Below, piece after piece: positions 52,985-64,000 of a stretch of DNA of 64,000 nucleotides (position 1 is the stretch's first letter; every line of letters starts with the position of its first letter). The notes below the pieces were generated by a model, which was given only the letters and a program-made list of their open reading frames with translations, had not been told where the DNA came from and searched no databases. The position numbers and the translations under genes are program-made. The DNA comes from Balanoglossus misakiensis (taxonomy: Eukaryota; Animalia; Hemichordata): positions 10,529,625 through 10,593,624 of the forward strand of contig CM082579.2 in the NCBI GenBank assembly GCA_040954595.2, written 5' to 3'.

Positions 52985-55474
52985 TTATTCCACGGACATT
53001 GTTGATAGGCTACTTGTTATCTCACCTTCGTCCTCGGGAGACCCTTTCCGATGACCTGTCATGTCTTTCATAGCTTTCAGTTGATACATGCTATCGACGT
53101 CTTCTATCTGGGGCGCCATCATTGTGAGATACGTACGGGTCCTCTGGTCAATCGGGTTAAGAACGGCGTTGTCAAATGCTAGCGCCCGGTTTCCCAGAGT
53201 GTCTACTTTGACGTCGTCTAACATGAGTTCATTCTGCGATGCGTTTGGGTGATTGCTAGGCGGCGGTGGATTAGACGCGGTTTGAGTCTTGGCTGGAGAT
53301 TTTGTCCTGAATAGTTGGATGTTGTATTTTTTGCACATTATTATGATAAATATCCAAGCAAGTATGGTGATACAAAGGAGCCCTAAACAAACCCCTACGA
53401 TGAGAGCAATATTAGAAGATTCTGCGTCACCTTCGTCCGATGTTGGGGGTAGTGCGCTCGACGTGTTTATATCCGCGGTTGTTCTTGTCGTAGTTATGAA
53501 CACATTGGTCGAATGAGTGGTAGGCCGGGTTGGTGTAACTTTCTCTGTTGTTACTGCAGGCTTACGGGTTGTCCTTTTACTGAGTGTGCGTATAGATGTG
53601 GATTGTTTTGTGGCAACTGTTGACGGTGACACAGTGGTTGCAGTTGTAATTGCGGGCATTTTGGTGGCTACAGTGCATTGCGTCCTCGGTCTTGTCGTAG
53701 ATGGCGAAATTGGCCACGCGGGTGTATTTGCACTAACTACGTTCGTTGTTCCCCGTGATGATTGAGACACGGTTGGTTGTTGGGACGAAACTGATGGATC
53801 AGAAACAAGCAAGGTGACATTGTAGTCGTCTTGGCCAGCCTCGTTGACAGCCACGCAAGAATAAACTCCGCAGTCGTCGAGACCAACATCACGAAGGAGT
53901 AGAGTGCCGTTTTCCAATAGCAACATTTCGTCACTGTTGGTCTCCAACGAAATTTGCTCTCCACTTGGAGTTTGCCAGTGTATGAACGGCATGGGCAAAC
54001 CCGTGTTGTTGCAGGCGAATACAAGGGAATCGCCCACGCTGGCCTCCACAAAGCTATTGGACTCCAAAATGACGGGAAGTTCACACACTAAGTCCTCGGG
54101 CTCCTGAATCTCGGAGAGCATCATGTCCAGATAGTGGTCGGGTTGCTCACACACAACATCGAATCTGGTCATGTCATCCGCAGTCTGATTGGCCAACCAG
54201 TCACTGTACTCACACATAGCACAGTCGCAACTCCACGGGTTGTCATCCAGGTTGATGTTGTCCAAATTCAAATCTTGGAATATTTCACCAGGCAAACTTT
54301 GTAGGTCATTGTTGTTGAGATACAAGCTCAGACGCTGGTCTTTTTGTTTCAAGTCTGAAAAGGCATCTTCGTCTAAATGAATGAGCTTCATGCTGTCCAG
54401 CCAGAGACCGCGTAAAGAAATCAGACCTTGGAAGGCACCAGCTTCAACGCGTACAATTTTGTTGCCTGTCAATTTCAGCGTCTGCAGAGTCAGACCCTTA
54501 ACTGCCGGAGGGATTCTTTTCAGTAAATTATAACCCATACGAAGTTCTCTAAACTGCGATTTGTTATGAAAAGCATTGTCTGCCACATCCACTATGAAAT
54601 TCTTCTCCAAATCGAGAAATATAAGCGAAGTCACCGAATCTAGTCTGGGCACCGATTCCAGCAAATTATCTTTTAAATCCAGTTGTTGCAGTCTGGTCTG
54701 GGCTGCAAAGGCGTCGTCTCCTATGTGCGAGATCTGGTTATGAGACAGTGCCAGATACGTCAAGTTCCACAGATAAGCAAGGTCGGGCAAGTTTTCAAGT
54801 TCGTTCTGACTCAGTTCAAGAATCTGGATGACCGTACAGCAACTGAACACCGTGTTCGGTAAATGATGCAAGACGTTGTGCTCGAGGTACAGTTTTTGTA
54901 AATGGACCAAGCCTTCAAATGCCGCGTCTGCTATTCGGCTAATATTATTGCGTCCCAACTGCAGAACCTTCAGATTGGCCAGGCCAACAAAGGTAGAGCT
55001 CTCTACACTGGTAATTTGGTTATAACTCAGTTTCAACGTAGACACTGGTGAACCAGTGGTAAACATCCACAGCGTTGAAATCCTATTGCTTTCCAAACTG
55101 ATTGTATTTATACTTGAAAGAGGGAAAAATATTTCCTCGGACAAGTTTGATATGTTGTTGCTGTCCAAGTAAAGATGCGTCAGCTTAGTCAGATTGTTAA
55201 ATGCTCCAATTTCTATTGTATGGATTTTGTTGTATCGTATTGTTAGTAGAGTCAGCGAATGTAAAGTACCGAAGCTGTTGTTTTCTAGAACCGTCAAGTG
55301 ATTTCCGTCGAGATAGAGTTCCTCAGTATCTGCGGGAATTCCAGCAGGTACATCTTCCAAATCGGCTCCAATACAATCCACAATCAAAGCCACATCGCAT
55401 CTACATCCTGCCGGACAACCTCCAGTCAACGACAACAAGTGTACGACGCACAAAATGAAGAAAATGGTTGTCAT
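52985..55474 (-). CDS. Type I membrane LRR-Ig receptor (signal peptide, LRRNT, about 14 LRRs, LRRCT, Ig I-set, Thr-rich stalk, TM, cytoplasmic tail), about 829 aa
   Basis: The ORF track opens on GTG at 55492; the first ATG is at 55474 (MTTIFFILCVVHLLSLTGG signal peptide). CPAGCRC LRRNT, LxxLxLxxN repeats, NPWSCDC LRRCT, Ig motif C..W..DCGVYSCVAVN, TM IALIVGVCLGLLCITILAWIFIII. Probable 5' UTR acceptor (TTGCAG) at 55585-55590. Confidence 0.93.
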   Translation of the reverse strand: MTTIFFILCVVHLLSLTGGCPAGCRCDVALIVDCIGADLEDVPAGIPADTEELYLDGNHLTVLENNSFGTLHSLTLLTIRYNKIHTIEIGAFNNLTKLTHLYLDSNNISNLSEEIFFPLSSINTISLESNRISTLWMFTTGSPVSTLKLSYNQITSVESSTFVGLANLKVLQLGRNNISRIADAAFEGLVHLQKLYLEHNVLHHLPNTVFSCCTVIQILELSQNELENLPDLAYLWNLTYLALSHNQISHIGDDAFAAQTRLQQLDLKDNLLESVPRLDSVTSLIFLDLEKNFIVDVADNAFHNKSQFRELRMGYNLLKRIPPAVKGLTLQTLKLTGNKIVRVEAGAFQGLISLRGLWLDSMKLIHLDEDAFSDLKQKDQRLSLYLNNNDLQSLPGEIFQDLNLDNINLDDNPWSCDCAMCEYSDWLANQTADDMTRFDVVCEQPDHYLDMMLSEIQEPEDLVCELPVILESNSFVEASVGDSLVFACNNTGLPMPFIHWQTPSGEQISLETNSDEMLLLENGTLLLRDVGLDDCGVYSCVAVNEAGQDDYNVTLLVSDPSVSSQQPTVSQSSRGTTNVVSANTPAWPISPSTTRPRTQCTVATKMPAITTATTVSPSTVATKQSTSIRTLSKRTTRKPAVTTEKVTPTRPTTHSTNVFITTTRTTADINTSSALPPTSDEGDAESSNIALIVGVCLGLLCITILAWIFIIIMCKKYNIQLFRTKSPAKTQTASNPPPPSNHPNASQNELMLDDVKVDTLGNRALAFDNAVLNPIDQRTRTYLTMMAPQIEDVDSMYQLKAMKDMTGHRKGSPEDEGEITSSLSTMSVE

Positions 55475-55710
55475 GGTGACAGGATAGGCCACATTTTACC
55501 CGGGAGCAGTGGTGCTGATATCCGTTATTCTAATCCATGGCCTGGCTGCATTCGCCGCTGATTAAGAGATGATGCGGATTAAACCTGCAAGTTAAAATAA
55601 CATCACAATTTCAGAATATGTTTTCCCAAGTAACATCAATCAATTAATTCGGGACGTGAATAGAACTGACATATATATTATAATTTATAAATTAGTTCAA
55701 GCCCACATTA

Positions 55711-55880
55711 TACTGTACTGTACTGTACTGTACTGTACTGTACTGTACTGTACTGTACTGTACTGTACTGTACTGTACTGTACTGTACTGTACTGTACTG
55801 TACTGTACTGTACTATATGTGTTGTGCTGTGCTGCGCTAAGCTTCACTACACCACACTACACTACACTACACTACACTAC
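55711..55880. repeat. (TACTG)n followed by (CACTA)n pentanucleotide microsatellite
   Basis: About 20 TACTG units, then degenerate CACTA units. Confidence 0.95.
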
Positions 55881-58800
55881 ATAATACTATACTATACAAT
55901 GTACTATGGCATTTTCATTTCATTAAATTTCAAATGTAAACTTGAATAACTTGAATACTTCAAAAACAGATTGTGAGTGTTATTCAAAGATTGAAGTTCT
56001 TTGCAACTATCGGCAACTTGATCTGATATCATTTCACAAGTTTGTAATCACGTTACACTTCAGTTGCGACATCGATAAACTCACGGACTTCCCGGGACTT
56101 GGCAGAATAAAAGTGTTTGGAATTGTTTAGATTAAGGTGAACAAGAGAGAAATAGCTGAGCACCGTGGGAAAACTGCTCCGTCGTTGAAATAAAGATTTT
56201 TTGCTCTTTTTCTATGTACATGCATACACCATCTTATATGTGAATGATATTCAAATCATGGCAGAAATCACGTGATATACATAATTATCATGGATAAAAC
56301 TATTTCAAGTGCAGTTTTGAAGTATGCGAGTTTCAGTGTAGGCCTACACACCTGGCAGCAAGTTGTTAAGAGCTGTAAATGTGCTCCATCCACTCCACAG
56401 TTTTCGTATCTTGTAGATAAATATATCACCCAAAACACTATTTGTACATGCCAGTTCAAGCCAATACAGTAATACTTGACAAACATTTGCATTATTATCA
56501 ATATGACCTCTGACCCCAATCCGTTTTGAACAACCCTGAACCAGAATGTTCTAATTCTACCAGATGTAGCTTTATATTTGGGCACGAGAAATATATCTAA
56601 TGGGACTGATGCAGTTGGGTTAGTAAAAGTCCTTCCACCAAATGAATCCGTCGATATTTGAACAAAATTGTTGGTTTTATCTACGTAACGGTCAGTTTAT
56701 GACTTGGAGGCCGTCTACTGTTTTGATTGTCAAAACTTACGGTGCCAAACACTGTTATCGTCGAAGCGTGGTTGCCTTTGTTTGCACGGGCAAGGCTGAC
56801 CCAGTCCAATATACGACCAGAGCCTCTTAATTGTTCAGCCAACACTCCAGCAGAATAGCGGGTGATATATGATGTTTTTTCGGCAGCATAGAATCGTTGG
56901 AATGTGTTCCCCAATGACTTAGGTGGGGACATTGAGTGGACTATTAATAATACTGACAGGCGCAGGTGTGAAATTGATGCATAGTTGTGTGCCCAGAGTG
57001 ACACCTTCCAGTTATTGATCCTCGGACCCAAACCATAGAACGCCATAATCTACCTGCAAACACCGGTGGAAGACAACTGCAGCTGTGTGTCTTAACTTTA
57101 TTGGTTCAGGATTTTTATATCGTGTCAAATTCCAGATGTTGACGAGTGTCACGAGCAGACGCAACAATGCGGACTACAGCCAGAACCATTTTGATTTTAA
57201 CACTAAGATTAACCGACCCGACACCGTCGTTTCACAAAATTCTAGTTCTAAATGTGCGTATTATTTCATGTTTCAATAAAAATTAGTCGTGTCAAATAAT
57301 GTATTGTAAAATCCTTCAAGTTTCAATGCTCGTGCGAGTTGGCGGGTCACAACAAATAAGAGTACATGGTTTAATCCATTTTAGTGTCCTAACATTGGCA
57401 TAGTCGGTAGATGTGTATGGGGTCGTATGCAGTGCTCACAGTCATTATCCGTATTCGCTAAAAAGATAACATATGTCATCCATATTTATATCCATATAGC
57501 CATTGGCCTAAGATTCCAAAAATAAAGCATAGCCTATCATGCGTGTAACGCCCAAGTTAGGACACTATGTCGGGGGAGAGGGGTAAAATACCGGTACATG
57601 CACACATTTTGGAATGTATGCATACGTGCATAACCATAATATGCGAATGGCGGTACGTACTAGTAGTCTGCCTTTGTGCAGTGTTCGCTCTGTAAATCAT
57701 TGACATGAAAAGAGTGTGTATGACTTGATTGCTACGGTACATGTACGTGTCACTGAACTGCACCACTTCTCAGGTCGTGAATATTTATATCCTGTGCATC
57801 GATTCTGGCACAACGAAAAAATAGAGTCACAGGTATAGTGCAGCTTATCACAGGAGACCTTCAACATTCCACTGTTAGGGTGCCGACATCCTGAAACTTT
57901 TTTTTTTATTTTTTTATTTTTTTATTTTTTTTTTTGGGGGGGGGGGGGGTTGCAGCTTTAATATAAAACTATTCTTTAGTTGCCTAGTACAACCAAAACT
58001 AACACACACCCTTATTAAAGGGGTGTGAGAAATCAGCTGTGGTAGCTATTTGTACGCCTTTAATTGTTAAAGAGTGTCTCACACCCCCGCTACAGGTGTG
58101 TAGTGCAGGTGGCATATTTTGCGCCTACATCCGCTACGGGAATGTGACATAAATACCTGGCCAGGGTAACACGTATGGACAGGGCAATGTTTAAAACTTA
58201 TTTTCCTCTGACATGTTGTTAACTCTAAAGACGGCCAGTGAAAAAATAATGTTTGGCTCTCACTATATATACACGGGGCTAAACTGGGAATCTATGTGAA
58301 GTAGGTATAGGTATAGCACTGATCGCGTGGGAAGTCTGGATATACACTGGGCTTACTTGTCAAGTAGATATAGGGGTATAGGTAGACATCGTGGATTACA
58401 CGGGATTACGAACAAAGCATTCACCGCTAGAATCCTTGGCAATTGTTTTTTCGAAGCACGTGATGAAATGAATGTCCTTTTTTTCAAGACATGTATCTTT
58501 TTAATATGGTTATGACCTTTGGCCGAATATGGTTGCCGTAGAAGTATGTTGTAGCAGTGATTACTGTCTCGGCACGTTCAGAGAAAGTGAACATATGTTC
58601 CTGGATTATTCGGGGAATACTTGCCAGTCATTTCTTTCGAGAACAAGCTTAGAAGCAAGAAACATCGTTGCGGAGATACATGTACGTGCTTCAAATAATC
58701 GAAACTCTCACTGACATCATTGACTAGGGAAACCATCAGCTCATCGAAGCTCAAGGATGACTTCAAACGCATCTACATGCGGTCATTGAACTTTGCGCAT

Positions 58801-61800
58801 CGTATCCATGAGGTCATCTTCAAACTCACGATTTTCAAAACAAGACGCGATAACACCCTCGTGTATTATGTATAGCTTTATGTAAGAGTTTGCTAAACAT
58901 AGTCCAGTGAAAATTTCCCATTTTACTTTGGAAAGACGTGACCTTTTTTTTTAAAGGCACTATCTTATAGTTCATGGTTTTCTTACCACTTCATAGGTAT
59001 GCAGTGAAATCATGACGTACATCCTTATTAATATTTGTAAGTCTGGAGAACGTAATATATATTAAATAGCATGTTATCTTTTGTCACTATTTGTCTTTTC
59101 ACCCGCCGTTACCGTGTCTTATGATTTCTATGAATCACTAGAAAAACCAGTAACCCGGCAACCATAATTTCACTGACTAATAACACAGGTGGCAATCTCT
59201 GTACTTCTGCCAACCACATTTGAACTGTTATTTGTTCCGGGCGTTGGCCATAGAATTAGGAAAACTCGTCGATTTTTAATTCACCATATTTGTTCGAGAA
59301 TGGTAGAGAAGTTTGATATGGTATAAATTCCACCCACTAAGTTCTACTCTTCATTGAAGAAAATATCTTGCATTTTAAGCAAATCTACCGACGGTTTTTA
59401 CTCACGTTATATTTACGGTTTACGTGTGTTACAGCTGGGTTTATATTTCTCGGCCATGATGAACTGGTTGTAAACATCAACCAAAGGCCACGGCTTCCCT
59501 TTCTATTTACTTCTCGGGATTTCGCCATGTTTTAAAACGGGGTTAATCTGCATGTCGTGATTGTGTGGTGGTTTTGTACAATACCGAGATCAAACAGTTC
59601 CAGCGAAAATAAATCCCAAACCTAAATATTTGTGAAGACCAGCGGCCAAGCTTACCAACAAGTCGTCGCTAAGCAGACATCAGTTGACATGAATATGTGA
59701 ACCGTTATTTTCACTTGTTCAAGTCATGCAGCATGGTCGGTTTGGAACAACAAGTAAATATGTCTGCGATTTGATTAGATTTGATCCGAAAAGCACAAAA
59801 GCTCTTGTTATGATAATTCAGAAGAGCGACATATAAGACGGAAAGGGCAAAGCCAGAGAGAGTACTTCACAAATGCTGTTGATATTGCCAACGCCAAAAA
59901 CAAAGCAAATTTGCCGACCGAAAATTGACAGAAAGAAGGTTATGTACACTCTTGACGTCTCACATGGTTGCTTCTTGACAATAAACGCGGTTTACGTGTT
60001 TGCTTCCATCAGGAGCGTGTTTTTATATTTTACATAATTAAATGCCATTGTAGGCCCATAACAAACGCAAAGCAATCCTATTTTGACCGGAGATAATTAA
60101 CATTTAAACTGATAATGTTCAATTAGACATTTTACTTGCCGTAAATGTCCTAAAGTCTGTAATACACCAACCTGGTCCGCCACTACACAAAGAAGCTGCA
60201 GCATTGAGATGCATATCACCCGTGCACGGTGCTTTTGACGCAGCCGTAGCATAACTCTGGGTTATCGGTAACTTCCCCATCAGTAAATACCCAACTCCGC
60301 CTTTGATGGGAATTTTGGGATCTGAGACTACATACACAAGAGTCCTTCAATGGCCCACTACTACTTCTGTGAGAGATACTTTGAAGTTGGACCTTGTTGC
60401 TGTCGACGCGGTTAGGCCTGCACTTCTAGAAATGATTTACAATGTGTGAACCGTGTGCATCGTGGTAACGTGAGATTGCAACGCAAGTTATTTGTTTCAG
60501 ATGGGAGTCAATCCAAAACACGGGCCAGTATAGCCCACAGGTGCTGTTATTACAGCAAATAAGGAAGAACGTCGTTAACTTATGACATTACTTTGTTCAT
60601 GTTAGGTTCTTTTGATGATTATTTTGTTTTTCAGTGGAATATTAACTAGTCAAACAATGCGCAGCAGTGTGTGTTGAGTTGTAAAAACCTGTGATTGAAC
60701 ACATTTCATATTCTTCAAAAGGAACTAAAATCACCAAAATAATCTCCAAGTCAGTGATCCCTCTGCCCTGCATTGTTTCAGAATGAAAGTGAACTCTCAA
60801 TGTACACATCCTTTGTCCTGTCATGATATCAGAGTTGAAAACAGACCTTCGGTCATGGTCAGATCGTATACTAACTAACACGCGCGCAACAATCGCAACG
60901 GTGTTTCTGTGAACAATAGGAGGTAATCCAGACAATGGGTTTTCTTGTACGCCGATGCCCCGACTCGGATATAGAACACCGATCGTCACAATTCAGTATT
61001 TTTTTTCGCTGTAAATCATTACAAAAGTTCTCACCAAATGTTGGATAGAGCCTATATTTGTAAATCCTTGCGACGCAAAAGATTTATTGCAAAGAACTTT
61101 ATCTCGCTTGTTGTCTCATCGACATTTTGCTTTCGGCGAGTTACGCTCATCTCGCCGGGGGCCTATGTGAACACAAGTCTACTTGATTTCAGTGATATGT
61201 TCATATCTTCATTGGGCGGTGTTATTGACGCTTGCCAATAATGTACATTTGTGGAATATGAACTTCATATTTTCTTAAAAGCTACAAATGTAAGATATGT
61301 TTTTTTTATAATTCATCGCGTTTGTTGCGTAAAATCCAGGTTCCCATACCCAAATACGCGGAGACACATTTTACTCCAGAGTCGAATTATGTAGTCAGTC
61401 ATAAATAATGGATTGATTTTTACCTGATTCGGAACGTCATGGGTAAAAGTGGTGCTGTCTTTGGTGATGAATCCGCGTGTTTTGTAATTAAGCTTACAAA
61501 ATGCCGAGGTGAACTGGTGCCTGAGGTTGTGGATGGTCCATATCACAGAGAATTGGGGAAACCTTGGTTCAATCCTGCGGACCAAGAATGGAATTTAAAT
61601 GAGATGTGACTTCATTGACAAAGTATCTATTGGCTCCGGTGGTGGAATATAACGTTGAAAGCCCCGTGGGAAATAGAATGCATACCCGTCCTGGTGACAC
61701 CTTTGTTATTTGAGTGAGGCAGCCGCAGTCCAAGACAGCACAGCCGCATTATTGTACACACGGGTTACCATACAGGAAAACAATATTGACAATCCACGGT

Positions 61801-63076
61801 AACTAGAACAGTTCTGTATTTCAGCTATATGATACTTACTATCAGCACACACTGAAATGTGATAGAATCTAATTGACATTCCTATCAATCAAGCCGCCCC
61901 TCTCAAGTACTGTGCTGTATCTAATATTGCCATAGTTTTGCAGTGCCGCAGCCTACTAACACTTGGCTAGTCATTGAATCTCGCATAGCCACTCTGTGCT
62001 TATCAATTCTCATTTTCTGATACGAACAGTAAACGGCTGGCTGTTACTACAATCATGAAATTTTCACCTACAAAATGAAAAATAACACCACTATAATATT
62101 TGATAAAATGTCCACATAACCCAATAATCTATCTCGATTCAGTTAGAGCCACTTTGGGCATAACTGTCCCTCGCCGAATAAAAACTGCTAATAAGCAGAA
62201 GTACGGTTCGATGACGTCATTTCATTGAAAATTTCAAAGGGGTATCCTGACGCCGCATGTATGCCAGATGACACTGTCTGTACTTGCATGGGTACACAAC
62301 CATGGCGACTGAACAATATCCCGTCCATATTCAAATGACTGCAGCCACGATTTAACTGTGCCGTGAGTCATCAACCATGAAAATATCCACCAAACTTTGT
62401 ATTATCACAGCTGCAATATGCAGCAAAGCAGAAAGCAGAAATCAGATTTCTTTTTAACGGTGTACTGTATTAAATGAACAAAATTGAAGTGTTGAAATCA
62501 ATTTCCAATCGTTTTCAGAGACTTGGAGATAAAGATGATGGTATAAAAGCCGCGCAATAATATTCTTCTTTGCTTTATGTTGGCCTCCAAAAGTCAGAAA
62601 AAAAGTTAATTGACCAAAAGACAATGAGTGAGTATTAGAGAGTTGAGTAAATTAGTTATTTGCACTCTAACGCACAATACCGGTTTTCAAAATTTAAAGT
62701 TTTAACTCTAACAAAATCTTGTTCATTCAGTTTAAACTCGTGTCTGGTAGTATCATTGGAATGACACGCACTTGTGTTATACAACATGTACATTGACCAT
62801 AATATCTGAAGATTACGATTATCTTGAAATAATTACAAATTGAATCATATCAGCAAACAAGACTTTGTGTATTTTACCCCTCCTATGGCGAACTAATACG
62901 CTTTTATGCAAAGTGCAATTTTTGTATTTAAATGAACGGGTTTTTATCTGATTGACTTGATAAATATTTCAATGGAAAACACTTCATGTATAGAAACAGC
63001 TGGGTGATGACTTCGGCTTTGAAGACCGACCACCGGGGGGTTGTGTGGTAAAACATCTTTGTCTGTGGGTAAACGA

Positions 63077-63274
63077 TACACTAGCCCACTAGTCGCTTGG
63101 TGATTTGTTGTCTTTATAAAGATTCTTCTCAATACTTTCGCGTATTTGCAAGCTTTGAGCGAGTTTCTGGTATTGAGCTGAGTTTTGAATTCGGGACTGG
63201 GCGCGGGCTTCTTGTTTCGGTATACCGTCCACCGAGGCCAACGCGATCCCAGACATAGACTTGGAGAAAGTCTA
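63077..63274 (-). mobile_element. Inverted second copy of the TAGACT..AGTCTA family
   Basis: CTAGCCCACTAGTCGCTTGGTGATTT and TAGACTTGGAGAAAGTCTA match the reverse complement of 34082-34308. Flanks TGGGTAAACGA and TAGGTAAACGA give an 11-bp TSD with 1 mismatch. Confidence 0.8.
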
Positions 63275-64000
63275 TAGGTAAACGACTATTTTGTGAATGC
63301 AGCTATCCAAATACAAAAAGTAATTCCCCGGAACTGCCGTAAATGGCCGAACCTTCGACGATAACATTCAGAAAGTTACATCTGTGAACATCCATAACTA
63401 GCTGAAGTCTGGATAATGCAATTTTGCCTTGTCCTCTCCCTGGCCTTAACGTGCCAACAATTATCATTTTGGTTTTATATGATCCGTTTAACCAAAGACA
63501 TGACTAGCGGATTGTATTCAATCCGTATACGCGGCACAGATTGGCCAGAATTCAACAATCAGAGACCTTGAAAATATCTTTTCACAAAGATTTTGCATAC
63601 GACATCACAATTTCATATTTGTGGTATAAATATTAATACATCAACGCACCCTCTTTTAACTCGAATTGGACGCAGAGAAAACGAAAATAGCCTGCTTCTC
63701 ATCTGAGGAAGATCGACAAACATAACCGTGACTTCCGTGACCGAAACCGTAGGCATTTTCAGTGCAAGCGTATCAAATCTATGGTAGCATTAACGTACAG
63801 CATATTCGACCCCTTCAGACAAGAAGTTGTATTGAGAATTCGTGCAGACTCGATGGGTATATAGAAGGAACCGTTCCAGATACATGGCGTTGTATGGCTT
63901 CAACTCTTACCTTGTAACTTAGGGCATGCGCAGGTTGGCAAGAAGCAAGATGGTTGCACTCTTGTCAATGATATCACGACGTCTTGTAACTGTCTACCAA

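Noticed and set aside
53289-55561. Plus-strand ORFs antisense to the LRR-Ig gene
   Set aside because: They are shadow ORFs of a long coding exon with no independent motifs.
11105-55814. (CAGTA)n and (TACTG)n arrays as giant inverted repeats bracketing 44 kb
   Set aside because: This is a common microsatellite in either orientation, with no shared flanking sequence or TSD.
61700-61790. Minus-strand LYGNPCVQ*CGCAV resembling an LRR C-cap pseudogene fragment
   Set aside because: Too short, contains a stop, and has no adjoining LRR repeats.

Overview
AT-rich, intron-rich animal genomic DNA, probably a marine invertebrate deuterostome such as a hemichordate (inferred from gene style and repeat content, not proven). 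I reconstructed seven protein-coding genes by hand. Each spliced model uses only GT-AG introns and its exon lengths sum to an intact frame. (1) An 8-exon PLP-dependent group II amino-acid decarboxylase (5189-10152, +) that looks like the bacterial (Bacteroidetes-type) subfamily rather than animal DDC/HDC/GAD. (2-4) Three tandem 12-exon CD36/SCARB2 (LIMP-2)-family genes (14028-21574, 23782-29212, 30413-36359, +). (5) A 16-exon MTMR2/MTMR1-type myotubularin (37456-46373, +). (6) A 5-exon PGAP2/Frag1 (48970-51146, +). (7) A single-coding-exon LRR-Ig-mucin-TM receptor (52985-55474, -). A decayed non-LTR retrotransposon lies at the start, and microsatellites and many small inverted-repeat elements fill the introns. 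Three observations stand out. First, the intron-containing bacterial-like decarboxylase is a candidate domesticated horizontal transfer. Second, at least five sequence-unrelated small elements share TAG..CTA or CAA..TTG ends and 9-11 bp target-site duplications, the signature expected of non-autonomous AcademH-type transposons. Third, two SCARB paralogs are a mosaic of near-identical and ~18%-diverged exon tracts, consistent with gene conversion, and the third paralog has different cytoplasmic sorting signals. No database searches were possible; family calls come from recognised motifs.
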